This document shows positions 1 through 12,326 of a DNA stretch of 64,000 nucleotides, one piece after another. The stretch covers positions 248,001 through 312,000 of the forward strand of contig JBLDXI010000059.1 in assembly GCA_047495785.1 (NCBI GenBank). The letters are read 5' to 3'. This stretch comes from Lepidodermella squamata. Lineage: Eukaryota > Animalia > Gastrotricha. A program made the translations under genes and the position numbers. The first letter of the stretch is position 1; every line of letters starts with the position of its first letter. The notes beneath the pieces are model-generated. The model did no database searches. It worked only from the letters and a program-made list of their open reading frames with translations, and was not told the origin of the DNA.

Positions 1-299
1 GCTTTTCTCTGCCCAATGATTGAATTTGCTTCCTTGGGGACCTCAGGTATGAGGGCAGGCAGGAAAATCAGCAAGCCCAGGAACCCAAGAAACCCGGCCA
101 AGGAGAAGTCAGCGCCATGCGCCATAATGGGTACTGCTGTTGGATGAACTTTCCCTCATCTAGTTATTCCAATTTATTTGAACAATTATTTTGCAGAACT
201 AAGCACGAAGCACGAAGTACTAAATAAGAACTAAGCAGTGGCTTGGTTTTAGTAGTTGATTGTGTCAGATTCTGGGGTCAAAGTTAATGCCTGGGTAGA

Positions 300-685
300 T
301 CTCACCTTCCTCTCTATTCTCCACGAAAAAGTCTCCACTACGTATTGACAAAAGTCTTACCTTCTCGGATCAATGGGTCGCGTTAGCTATGAATTTCCAA
401 AAGATTGATTATTTTATCTGAAATCCTGCGCCTCAAAGCGTCTAAATCGTACATATTATCTTGCCTCATAGCATAACATAACATATTCAAAGTCTCAGCC
501 TCGGTTTTTGTCTCTCTATCTACTCACCCTACCTTCTCACCGATATTGAAAAACTAGAGGCTATTCAAGCTCGCTTCTCAAAACACTTGCCATACCAAAG
601 TTCTTACTACTTGTCAGTTGAAGATTCGTCCTACGATGAAAGGCTTAGAAAACTTGGATTATGCAAAATTGAAATGAGAAATGGT
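300..685 (+). mobile_element. Degenerate CR1/L2-like LINE, 3' fragment of ORF2
   Basis: Manual translation of about 515-680 gives SIYSPYLLTDIEKLEAIQARFSKHL...SYDERLRKLGLCKIEMR, matching the post-RT motif WSPY...DI..LE.VQRRFTK...SY.ERL..LGL..LE.RR; upstream part has stops and frameshifts. Confidence 0.75.
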
Positions 686-719
686 ATTTCTTCTTTGATT
701 TGTTCTCTAGATTCGATAT

Positions 720-1233
720 CATTGCAGCCGTAATTCTTGCGGCGCATTCAACAATTTATAACGTCTGAATGGATTGGTTAATTTTAGGATGATCTAATCG
801 AAGCGGTTGTCTGTAAATGTTTGCTTAATAATTCATGGGTGAACGTAGCATGTGGTTATAGATCGCCTTTTGCAAACGATGATGCTAATGAGCTCTGCGA
901 CTTCCTCTCAAACTATTTAGACTCTACTTCAATTGTAGTCTGATTTCGAGTGGAGCTCTAGATTCTAGATCAATCGTTGGCGACAGCTTTAGCAACTTTT
1001 TTCTCGTTGTCTAATGATCCATCTCGGTTATTTTCTTCTGCAAATTCACGTACAATAAGCAACCGTCTTCATTGACGAAACCTGCCTTAGCCTTGAGCCT
1101 AATCGGGATAAAACTTAGTTGTTTTCTGTCCAGTCCTGTCCAGGAATTTCAGGAAAATAGACATATTATGAATAGTTAGGTAAAAAGTACCACAGAACCA
1201 CCGCGAACTTTTTTCAATGATTTTATATCTTCT
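720..1233 (+). repeat. Dispersed repeat, with copies at about 20518-20730 (near-identical) and 22100-22430 (diverged)
   Basis: ttttcttctgcaaattcacgtacaataagcaaccgtc...tttatatcttct is shared almost base for base with 20518-20730. Confidence 0.85.
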
Positions 1234-1681
1234 GTGTTTATGTAGCGTATTAATCGGCCCCCCTCAGTAACTGTTCCCCTTTACGAACAAACATACAGCA
1301 GCAACAGGTGTTAATGGCCTACCCAGCCGATAAGGCCCTTCCCCCCAGAACGATCTATCCCCCTACATTCAGGTGAATGATGCAGGTGTAAAAGTTGACA
1401 CGTTTTTACGAAAAACAATGAACAAATAAATGAGTGAATGCGCGCGTAATTTTGACGGTGTCACCTGATAAGCGCCAACTTGTCGCGTTGAGAGACGAGG
1501 GCGGCGGTAGGCGCGCGCGAATGATCAAAGCGTTACCTTTGCGTGACAACTAAGTCGCGCTTGTCTCGTGCGCGGTGGATCCCGCGCTTGTCTCGGGTGC
1601 GGTGGATCCCGCGTTTATTCTTCTCGCCAATTTTGACGTTTAATTTCACGACTAATCTTGAAACAACAACCTACAACTGCT

Positions 1682-4600
1682 ATGTCTGTCTCAATTTCGT
1701 CGTCGAGCGATGTTGAGCCGCTCGATCAAGTCTCGCCCGAGCCTACCCCCGCGTCTAAACGTGGTAAATGTGGTAAGTAACCGTCGAAGAGCGAGGGCAG
1801 TGGCGATGAGGGTGACAAGATGGAAGACAAGAAGAAGGGCGAGCATTGGTCGTTCGCCGATCTGAAGATGTTTCTGTCCGAAGGGCGTTATCCTGCTTGG
1901 ATTTTGGCAATACCTGAAGCTCAAAAACGTAAAGGTAGGCGTTTTTAATTTAATATTGTGCCATCTACGTGTAGAATTTGTAATTGTTTTCGTATTTAAT
2001 CGAATATTAGTATTTTTTCCGAGTTCGAAAATTGAAAAATAGTGAAAAATCGAGCAATCATTCCAGTAGGCGAATTCCGGTAAATTATAGGGAGGCAATT
2101 ATTAACACGTCGTATCATCACTTTAATCAAGCCGATAGGTTGGTATGAGCAGCCTTGAAAAGGCAAGCCGTACTACGTAAAATTTCGATTCAGTATCGAT
2201 TCAGTTTCCCCCAGTCCACGTGATTCTCGATTCTCCTGGTTTCGCCCTGCTTATTTTCAGCCGCTATTATTCGAGGCGGGTTGTTATTGACCAACTACCC
2301 GGGTGGGTTATTGGCACTGTTATTCTAGGGGTTATTATTTGAGTTAGGATATAGGATTCGATTTAGGATTTCAGTTAGGAATTGATTTTGCACGTATAAG
2401 CGATGTGGTTATATTTAATTTGTGTTGTATTTTTATGATTTTAGACCGGAAAAGATCTGCGTCAAGGCAGATGGTCACTTGTACCATAGGAGGCGCGGTA
2501 CTTCGCAAAGCGACGGCGAAGAATGGTGCCGCTGCATTGAAGATGACCACGAAAAACTCGATTTGATCAAGCTCGTTCACCAAGGTAAGTAAGCTACGTT
2601 ACAAGGTTAGAACTAGGGAATTGACATGCTAATAATTGAGCCGTAAAAAGATTTTTTTAATTTAATGTGCGTTTTGAATATTTAGTAAAATTAAGTATTT
2701 CTCAAGTTTCCGTTCTATAAGGGTAAGGCGGTTACCTAACTATGCATAATTTTCTAATTTTCAAATATTTAAGGAGGAGATGATGGTGCCGATAGTCACG
2801 CCGTAACGCTCGCTGGTCACCGAGGTGCAGGTTTGACTAGTGATAAACTCGCAGCCAGCGTTTATTGGCACGCACTGTGGGGCGATGTTGGCGCCTTCGT
2901 CAAGGAGTGCGACAAGTGCCAAAAGACCAACCCTGGTCCGAAGGACAGGCCCGAAATGAAATCGATCGAAGTTCCTGACCGGCCTATGGTTATGGTGGGA
3001 GCAGACATTGCCATCATGCCTAAATCGACCGAGGATGGCTTCATCGGCTTCGTGTCCGTTGGCGACTACAACAGCAAATGGCCGCACGCCTATCCGATCA
3101 AGGATAAATCGGCGCTATCAGTCGCCGAAGCCCTGCTGGAGTTCATGCGTCAATACGGTTGCTATCGAGTGCAGATTAACGATCAGGGCAGGGAGTTCAT
3201 CAACGCCGTTGTTCAGATTCTGTTCGAGCGGACCGGTGTCGACGTGATCGACGTGAAGATGGGTGCGCTGGGACCACCTCTGGACCCGACTGAATTGCCA
3301 GACTCGAATCCCAACGGCGACAGCGGCAACAACAACGGCCGAGATGGCGATCTAAGCAGCGACGAGGAAGAGATTGAGAAGGCTATGAATAAGGAGTTCG
3401 ACTTCGATGATATTATCACAACAATGCGGCAAGAAGTTACCGTCCAAACTAAAATAAGAGCCAAAGCGGCTAAGAATACTGCTCGAGCTCAGGCTAAGCA
3501 GCAACGGGACTACAACCGTCGCCACAATACCGGCAAACCCTTTAAAGTCCGTCAATTGGTCATGTTGGCCAACATGAGGCGGGCCGATCGAAAAGGTGGC
3601 AAGGTTCGAACGATGCGATATATCGGACCGTATCGAATCGTTTATCTAGTCAACGACGGCCGAAATGCGGTGCTGGCGCGAGTTGACCCCGTAAACATGG
3701 AAAGTAAGACGACGCTGAGCTACAAGCCTCCTGTTCTTCAACTGAAACATTACGTTGCCAAAGGTACATTTTTAAATTTAAAATTAATTAGACCTATATT
3801 TCTTAGATTCACTCTAGGGTGGGATGGTAATTTTTTTAGAAATTAGTAGTAGTAGTAGTAGTAGTAGTAGTTGTGGGCAAAAAAACCACTCTTTACGAAT
3901 AAATTTGATAAAATTAAGGAATAATTAAAAAAATATGTCTTTCCATCCATTTCAAATTTGCCTAATTTTTTTAGGACAAAGCAGCAAGCTCGTTGCTCGT
4001 CTACTGGAATGCGAAGCTGAGGAAAAGCGAAGCCTCGGCTTAGACGTAGAGTCGCCTCAACCGCCTGCGAAATCCTCGAAAAAATCCTCGAAGCCGAGGA
4101 AGCCGCGACAACAACCGATGAAGAAGCAAGCTGTGAAATCGATCGCCTTAAAATCCCGGTTGAAAAACGGCCTTACTCTCGAATCGTCAACATCGCCTAC
4201 AACGCCAGTCGCCGAATCACCCGTGTTCATCGCTACTACGTCAACACTAGCAAGTCCGCCCAGCCTGTCCACTGCGCTGAAGAATCGCGCGGCTGCTGTT
4301 AGCAGCAGACCTCCGCCGATGGGCTTGTTCAATTCACCGCCAATTATCAACCGCCTCGCAACCGCCCCGAAACATTGTCTCGCACCAGCAGCAAGGCAGC
4401 CGTCACCGGGCCTTTTCGCTGATTCACCGCTAAATTCGAGCGATGTACCCGAAATCGAGCCACGAGCGGTAACGAATCAGGCCGGCATTGACCTGAAGAC
4501 GCCCGAAAAAAGTGCATTTAAAACTTTTCGACCCTGGGAAGATGAGCGGCAATCAGCATCCGCAACGGTTAACGGCAATACCACCCTGAATTACGACCAT

Positions 4601-5554
4601 TACTGCTCCTCTCCCATCACCGGGATCTACGACTTCCTGGCTAATTTCGGCGATCGCAGAATATCGCGAATTTCGCCGCCGAACGAGGATTCGCCTCAAA
4701 CATTTGCTCAACTTCGGCCTACAACCGCCAGCTCAAAAAAGCGTCTGTTATCTCCGGACGATCTTGGCATCGATTCGCCAAAGCAAGCCCGCCTGAGCGA
4801 TGCGCCTCAATTACCCGTTCCGCAGCACTTCGAGCAAATATCAATCAAAAACTGGGACTTTTTGCGAAGAGACATGCTGAAAGAAGGTAAATTGAAGAGT
4901 TATGCGATGAATTTGTTAAAAATGTTTTTAATATCAGGTACCTGGATGCCTGATGATGTCGTCACGGCTGTCATAAAAATCTATGGCCGTGACTTCATGC
5001 CCCTGCATGCCGATGAATCAGAATTTGCCGAAATCATGCCGAACCAGCCAGCTGCAGCAGAAGTCAACCGCTATTTGGCCGAACCTGTACACACGGCCAC
5101 CAGGTTCGCCACCATACATCCCCATCATATCGGCGATCACTGGATACTGTCTTCGACAATCCACAGTTTCGACAACGACAAGAACAACAAGAATGACGGG
5201 AAGAAGGTCATCCGGGTCTACGACAGCTTGACGCCGAAGGGCAACAGGCTAAGCAATTCTTATCGCGCCGCCCTTGTGGACCGATACTTCGCTTATTGGA
5301 GCGACGCGAAAAGTCGCCTCACCATCGAGTTCGTCGCCTGTCCGCAACAACAAAATGGCAGCGATTGCGGCTTCCACCTGGTTGCCAACCTGGCCGAAAT
5401 TCTTAATGGCGGGGATCCGGCCACCGTCGACTACGACGTCGAACAACTGCGTCCATGGGCCGTTCACTGCCTTGAACAGCAGCAGCTCTTGCGCTTTCCG
5501 TCCACTAAACTTACCAAAGCTCGGAAATCACGTTTATTTCACCTTCCTATTTAG
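1682..5554 (+). mobile_element. Ginger1-like DNA transposon gene: Gypsy-type integrase fused to a Ulp1/C48 protease, defective. Predicted exons 1682-1934, 2070-2079, 2445-2584, 2774-3763, 3975-4886, 4938-5554
   Basis: N-terminal GRYP motif, HHCC finger (H..GHRG...CDKCQK), integrase D (GADI) and D (INDQGREF), GPY motif (YIGPYRI), Ulp1 triad (DHWI, VYDSL, QQQNGSDCG). GT-AG introns have consistent phases. No RT, RNase H or gag seen. Premature TAA at 1778-1780 and the catalytic E segment is missing. Confidence 0.85.
3844..3870. repeat. (TAG)n microsatellite in a Ginger intron
   Basis: tagtagtag... about 9 units. Confidence 0.95.
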
Positions 5555-5749
5555 CCTAGTTTTATATTAAATCTCGCCGCGATTTCTATATTTTCCAAAC
5601 TGATAATGCCGCACCTATAATTTAATTCGTTCATTTTGGCCAATTTTATGTCCTACTTCGTTTGTCCCATTTTTTGAATTGATGTAAATCTGGAAAATAA
5701 TCGCTGAATATCAATCTCTGATCTCTTTCCTACGATAAGATTGCGTCTG

Positions 5750-6620
5750 GTGATTGCGTCTCTTGCAATGCGATAATAAGAAACAGCGAGCTAAACTGTG
5801 GCTCGTTGATGGAATCGTTGATACTCGTCTCCGCACTCGTTGCCTCGCTCCACTCTTGTACAGCAGTACCATCTTACTCTGCGCATTTAAACCGAACTGT
5901 ATCCTCGTGATTGGATTCACTATCACGCTAGGCGGCGGCATTTAATCTTCTCAAAGCTCTGTAGATCAATAGTTGCTTGAAGCACTGGTTGCAGAAAAAT
6001 TTAGCTCGGTGCAGGAAATTGGCCCCACCTTACTCTTAATTTAAAGAGAAATCGTTAATGTTTTTGCTCATGAAATATGAACGAATAGTTTCGAAAGCTG
6101 TCATGACAGCATAACGCCTTCATTTGTTTATTGAACATTGATCCCATAGAGGTATCAGCAGACTATAATCTTCTTTCGTGACTGAAAAATCGTGATTGAA
6201 TAGGTATTACTTTTTTAAGGTTTTCCTTTAACGGTTAATATTGCTGTGATCGTTTGTGCTAATCAGCGACACATTACTTACTGATCATACGGCTAACCGC
6301 GGCAGAATGTCTTCCATCGGACACCGGCGAGAAAAAGTCGAAAGTCGGGCGTGCCACCGCCGTCTGACGACGAAGCTGCCGAAGGAGCTCACTGCGAAGG
6401 GCCTATCAGCGAGGTTCAGGCTCTCATCCTCCAGCTTCGCAGCACCGCCCTCGTCCATTGGCGACCTTGCCGAAGGCGATTTTCTGGTACTCCAAGCGTC
6501 GTCGTCAATCCCGCCGGTCAACAATCTGTAACGGTCTCCGACCCCTCGTTGTGCTCCTGGCGACCCGTCACGCCATGCATCAGCCCCCTCAATCCCTGTC
6601 AGCAAGCGTGTGGTTATTAT
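5750..6620 (+). repeat. Dispersed repeat with a decayed ORF of unknown function, copy 1 (homolog at 22880-23540)
   Basis: Shared DNA such as tgtgctaatcagcgacacattacttact and shared peptides KLP..LT.KGLS, EGDFLVL, PAGQQS, PP.SLSASVW; this copy is frameshifted. Confidence 0.85.
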
Positions 6621-7073
6621 TGATAATAAGAAGATTATTGAAGATACGTACGTCTCTGGAATGTTTCGAAGCGAACTCGAGCCCGAGCCAGTTAGATAAA
6701 GGAGCACGTGTTCCTTGGTGTTTTACGGCTTGTCAGTGCGGGCGTTGTTTCGTTGGCGATCTGTCGACTTAGGACTAGCTGGCTATCGCCCAATTTCTCA
6801 AAATGCACTTTCAATTCAGGAACAGCGGAAACACTCGATGATTGGGGATCATGTCATGCCATCAAGTTCAACGTTGGTGTGATGATCATAATTTGAGTCT
6901 CGGGCTCATTTCAACGAGACAGAGGCAGAATGTTTTCCGCCTGGAATCAACAGGATGTTGCCGTCCGCTGCCGTCGGCGAGAAGCAGGAAATTGGCAAAG
7001 TTCTAATTGCGAGAGCGGGTTCAAAAACAAGTTAGATCTTCATTTTTATAGCTCTTTATGTTATTCGGAATGT

Positions 7074-7484
7074 CTATTCGTACATGGTATGTACGCGAAA
7101 ATTGCTATCCGTACATAGTTTCGACATGTTTTTTTGTAAGATCAACGACTTGCTCAATTTTCATCCTATCAATCTAATTTTTTGTGCGCTGATAGCTGTC
7201 CATCAGGCCTATCTCCCCTCAAAAAATCACCACTGGACCCCCTACGGGAGAGTCGCAAAATGACATTATTTGAATTGTTTTTTATGACCCTGGAGTGAAT
7301 ACTTTGGAAGATAATCTGCCGAAATTTGGGCACTAGATAGGCCTAACTTTGCGGCATCTACCTGTGAAATTCCACGTAATCATCGTCAAATTTCGAATTT
7401 CCACACCCCTTTGAATAACTCTGAAAAATCTCGAAAAACTATGTGCGAATAGCAATTTTTGCGTATATAGTTATGTACGAATAG
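7074..7484. mobile_element. MITE with about 55-bp imperfect TIRs
   Basis: ctattcgtacatggtatgtacgcgaaaattgctatccgtacatagttt at left pairs with aaactatgtgcgaatagcaatttttgcgtatatagttatgtacgaatag at right. Confidence 0.75.
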
Positions 7485-7880
7485 CTTGACCCTATGTTAT
7501 TTTGGGATTTTCAGAGAATGTGGCGTTGTCATCTGTACCTATGGAGAAATCAGCTGATCAACCGGTTACCTCTGCCATCCAACCAGCAGTAATTGGTAAT
7601 CCCGAACTTCGAACCAAGCTCAATATTGCTGTGACTGCAAATCGGCCGAGGGTGCGTTTCTTTATTCTCAAAATTTTGCGTTAAAATCAAGGCAAAAAAC
7701 AACGACCATTTCGTTATTTAGTTTTGTTAAACAAAACCAGCAGTGATTTATTTGTTTGAAAGCTCATACGCCCAAGAGAGGGCAGCTTGGCAATGTTAGG
7801 GAAGTTGCGTGTTGACAAGTTATGATGAGCCCATATTCAGAAAATTAAGCAGAATTTTATCGTAATTAATTTGATTTATT

Positions 7881-8257
7881 GGGTCCCCCACAGAGCAGCA
7901 GGCTTCAAAGCAGGGAAAACGCACTAAACAGTCCTCTCAGCAGGCGCTCAGGCTTAGCCTCTGATTTTCAACCAATGGACTAACATGATGGTCAGCTATT
8001 CTAGCTTTTCACACCAAAAATTGAGGAACATAAGTCATCAAAACTCCGTAATGTGACTCAGACCTCACTTTGGTCGAAAAAGTCGTTTTTCGAAATTTTT
8101 TCAAAATTCATAAGCCGGACTACTAAAGTTATGATGAGTCCATATTCAGAAAACTACGCCGAATTTTATCGTAATTAATTCGATTTATTGTTGCGTGACG
8201 TTTGCACCGCTTTTCGAGTTTATCTTGCTTTGAAGCCTGCTGCTCTGTAGGGGACCC
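7881..8257. mobile_element. MITE with GGGTCCCC termini and an 8-bp TSD, inserted into an older copy of itself
   Basis: TIR gggtcccccacagagcagcaggcttcaaagca / tgctttgaagcctgctgctctgtaggggaccc; TSD gatttatt at 7873-7880 and 8258-8265. Confidence 0.85.
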
Positions 8258-8731
8258 GATTTATTGTTACGTGGCGTGTGCACCGCTTTTTGGGTTTATC
8301 CTGCTTTGAAGCCTTCTGTTTTGTGGGGACCCTATAATTGCAGGACAGGTTCAGCTTTAGCGCAGGAAAAGTGTAGTAGGAGAAAACGAAGTTATAGAGC
8401 AGACACTCGGTCAGTTATGTTCTGATGATACCGTATTTCATCAAATAATAGCCATGGCAACTATTTTTTCCGACAATCCAAAAATGGTCCAAAAAAGAGG
8501 CAATTATTCCGAAGAACGGTAGCTGTGCTACGGGAGTTGCGCTAACAATACCTGCGCAAAGGTACGAGTTGTGAAAATTATTCTTGCGCAAAAGCTGACT
8601 TGTGCATAGATTACTTGAGCAAATAACAACTTGTGCAAAAATTATTTGTGCACACTATTTATTATTTAGCACCAGATGGCAGTCGAGCTTTTATTTGATG
8701 GCATTAATTACACACGATAATCACGAAGATA

Positions 8732-11700
8732 CCGTAAAAACCGAAATTGGGTGCCGTTGTTTTATAGTTTCAAACCAAGAAAAAAGTGAGGGTTTATTAC
8801 AGGCGAGGTACAATTGTAGGCTGTGGTATTATTTATTTGAATCTATCTTCATGAGATTAAAATGAATTGAAAAAAAGAGTTTAAAAATGAAACAACTGTC
8901 AAATGTCCTCTTGGCTTTCCCCCAGATCAGCAATTCTCACTTGAGCAACTCTCACTTGCGCAACGATTATCAGCTTTATTATAAGCACACGCGCTAATTA
9001 ACGTTTAATACGTAATAGAAAACAACAAGTCTTATTTATATAGTTTTGATAAAGAGAGCATGTTAACCGACAGTTTGTCCAGCGTCGCGTAAATGAGCTG
9101 TTTGTCTTTGTTGGGTTTGGCAACGAAAACGTCAACAATTTTAGCAATTTTTTCATTATTGCTAATCTTTTGGTATTTCTTTGACCGTTTGGCCATCAAG
9201 CCCGGTTCGGCAGCCATGGTGACCTTGGCCGCCGCCTCCGACTCCTCCCGCAACAGCTCGATTAATCGCCACACGTTGATGTGGTATGACTTGGCCCGCC
9301 GGTTCGCCTTCGCGTTCCAGCCTTCAGCGGCGTTGTTGGTGCGGGTGTCGAGGCCGTAAACGTTCCACTCGGCCAGTTTGACTGTTCTAGTCCATTGCTT
9401 GACCCAGTATTTTTTGAATCGCGCAAGAGAAGGAGGGCAGTCGGCAAGTAGCATTGGGTAATAATTTTCAACAACGTCGAGGGGGAGTAGGGCGAGCGTC
9501 ATAAATCGTCGAATAAAGCGCCGAACATTCGGCAGTTTGACGTAGTGTCGCCAGAGCCCATTTTCGCGCACCCAGGAAAGAATGGCTTTGCAATAGTGAA
9601 AAAAACCTAGAAACAAAACAACAACAGTCGTTGGTCGAATATCGAAACAAAACTAGCTGACTTACATCCGATCATATCCTTGAAAAATTTCCGGATAACC
9701 GGTATGAAGCCAGTTTCGAAGTCAACCGTTGCGCTTTTTTCGCTCAGATCGACTCGACTCTGAATCGTCTGGAACAACTTTTCATAGGTTTTTTCCGACT
9801 TTGACGTCAGAAAAGCGAAGACGCCCGGCAGGAGAAGCTGTTCGTCCTCGCTGGTTTCGATGGCCGAGTGTATCACGAATAACGGCTGAAAAATTCGCGG
9901 CACAATTTTGAACGTGCCATCGGCGTAAATTCGATCGGCCGATTCGAGACGCTGAAGACCCCGGTCGGAACCGAAAATTGCCGCCACGCCGCCGTCTTCC
10001 GCGACAACGATGTCGATAAGGAATTCTTGATCGTCTAGGGTTTGGATGAAACGACCGAGGAGCGGTTCAAATTCTTCGCTATAGGCACTTTCCATGTTCG
10101 ATATGAAGTCGGCGACCGAGGTTGGGTTTTTCGGAACATGTCTTCCTCGAACACGATATAGTGTACTTTGAACAGCTGGGTATTTCGGAATAAGGCGGAC
10201 TTTTGCCTCGTCAGACTGTTTGACCTCGCCCAAGACAAGATTATGCAGCTCAGGCACAGGTACGCGCTTGTTATTTTCGACTTTTGTTTCATTTCTCCGA
10301 AAATGTGGTATTTAATAAACTCGTCCGCACTCATTGTGTGCCAAGGCAAGTGGCTCGGCGTCTCCAGTTGACCTCGAAGTTTCACCTCGCCGTCGACGAT
10401 TGAAGCTTTAACTTTACAACCGACGATGAGTTCGGCGCTTAGTGATTCCCAGGCCTGAATGATCCAGTAGCAGACCACTTCCAGAGGTGGCGCTTTCGGA
10501 TTGCCGCCCTTGGTCAGTTCCTGCTTGCCACTGCTCAACCATTCGGCATAGAGCTCGCGAATCTTCGCCTTAAAGGGCGCGTTCCAGCAGAGGTCCGGTG
10601 CCTGAATAAATTTGGTGCACCCGCCCGGCACCACTGCTGGATCGATTTTCAGAGAAGCAAGCACCTTTCGAGTCGCGGCAGAGATATGCGATCGGAACGC
10701 GTCCCAGGCCAGCAACCGACGCCTACCGAAAACTTCTTGGCCAATGACTTCCTTGAGGTACAACTCGGTCGTAAGGTCATTCATCCAGATCGTTCCTGGA
10801 ATTGTGGGTGAAATGAAAAAAATTCTTTAGAAAATATAAAATATTAGCTACCTTTGTATAAGATGTGCAGTTTCGAGCTGAATTTCTCCAAAAGTTTTCA
10901 TTGGCCGTTTTCTGTTCAGCAAAACCATAGGCTTCAGTTTCGTGCCGTCAGCACGTGCACTCAGCATGACGGTTATTCTTGCCTTGTCGTGACCAGTTGT
11001 TAAAATTGGCACCTCCTTGGCCCCAGTGTTTTCGACTGTAGTTCAAGGGCTTGAATCGAGCCATACTGCAGTTTCATCAGCAGCAATCATGTTCTTCGTT
11101 GAGTAGTCGTTCCTTCTTCGCAGCTGTCGAATGAAGAGGACGAATGACACCAGCTTATCCAGGAAGAAAGCCGGGAGATTTTGACATTGCGTTGTTTTTC
11201 GACGAAGACTCAAGTTGTTCCGCTGAAGAAATCGACTCAACCATGAATGAATGAATGACTGAACCTTTGAAATTGGCAAGCAGCTGTTGACCTTTCAACA
11301 AGATACGGCGACGTGAAACTGGCCTCTTCGCGGCGCGTTCAGCCAAAATTCATTCCAGGAGTTCGTGCTCCAGCCCTTCGAAGCCAAGTTTGCGACCTGC
11401 ACCCGGAAGAGAGCCCGCTTGGCGAAACCAGCGAATGCCATGGCATTTAGTTCGAGATGTTTTCGAATCCATTGACCGATGCATCTTCGATCGATTTTGT
11501 ATCTTCTTGCTGAAGCCGCGATGGTGTTTTCCTTCGCGAAGTCAACCGCTCGAAGCTTGAAGGCAAGAGTAAACGCACGTTATCGCCTGGCTTTTCTTCC
11601 AGCCTCATTCCTTGACGAGGTTTCAGCTTCGACGCTTTCGGGAATGCTTTCCACAGAAGAGGAGGGTGTGATGAAGAAGTTCAGGATGAAAATAATGAAA

Positions 11701-11998
11701 CTCAACATGTTTTAGGTTGTTCTTGACGGGAAATGATGAAAAATCATCTCAACTAAGAGGCATTTATACCCACCAAATCAGATTTCAGCTTCGCATCAAT
11801 TTAATCGAACTTTTGTTAAAACGAACTCGGAAATGCAATTAGTAATTTTCAGTCATGTGACAAGTGCAAAATATTTATTAAGAAACGAAGACACTAATTT
11901 AGGCCTGAGGTATTATTCGTTCAAACATCGCTCAGACTGGGGGCTTAAACCAGGCGATGCACTATTATAGACCTAGGACCCAATTTCGGTTTTTACGG
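8732..11998 (-). mobile_element. pogo/Tigger-like element with a defective transposase (Brinker-like DBD, CENP-B HTH, DDE_1) at about 11709-10425
   Basis: TIR ccgtaaaaaccgaaattgggt at both ends with TA TSDs (8730-8731, 11999-12000); peptides FKLRAVDFAK, WLSRFLQRNNLSLRRKT, AADETAVW, LLAWDAFRSH, PGGCTKFIQAPD. Confidence 0.9.
9032..10422 (-). pseudogene. MULE transposase, 5'-truncated and frameshifted, lying inside the pogo element; intron about 9608-9663
   Basis: IYADGTFK, TVDFETG, G-C-FFHYC across the intron, RTNNAAEGWN; its own cacttgcgca-type terminal repeats at about 8915-8965. Confidence 0.85.
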
Positions 11999-12277
11999 TA
12001 ATAATCGAAAGAGCTAGCAAATCTTGTCATTTATTCGTCATTTATTCATCATATGAGGATGAATCGTCGTCTTCGCTATCGCTTTCTTCATCATGGCTGT
12101 CATCATCTTCTTCCTCATCATAGACTACTGCTTCCGCCGCCGCGCCAGGCGCTGGATCAGGAGTCGGCAGCATCTCCCGAATTTCGCCCAAATTAAATTG
12201 AACGACGTCTAGGTAGTCGATTAAAGCACTTTGACCGCTGACGTAGCGCTTTTTTGAAATGTCGAGGCTTTTAGATA

Positions 12278-12326
12278 ATATAGAATATAGAATATAGAAT
12301 ATAGAATATAGAATATAGAATATAGA
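12278..12326. repeat. (TAGAATA)n heptamer tandem repeat
   Basis: About 6-7 exact units interrupting the MULE C-terminal coding remnant. Confidence 0.9.

Noticed and set aside
2833-3846. Gypsy LTR retrotransposon call for the integrase
   Set aside because: No RT, RNase H, gag or LTRs were seen; introns and the Ulp1 fusion fit Ginger1. TIRs were not found either, so the element boundaries remain open.
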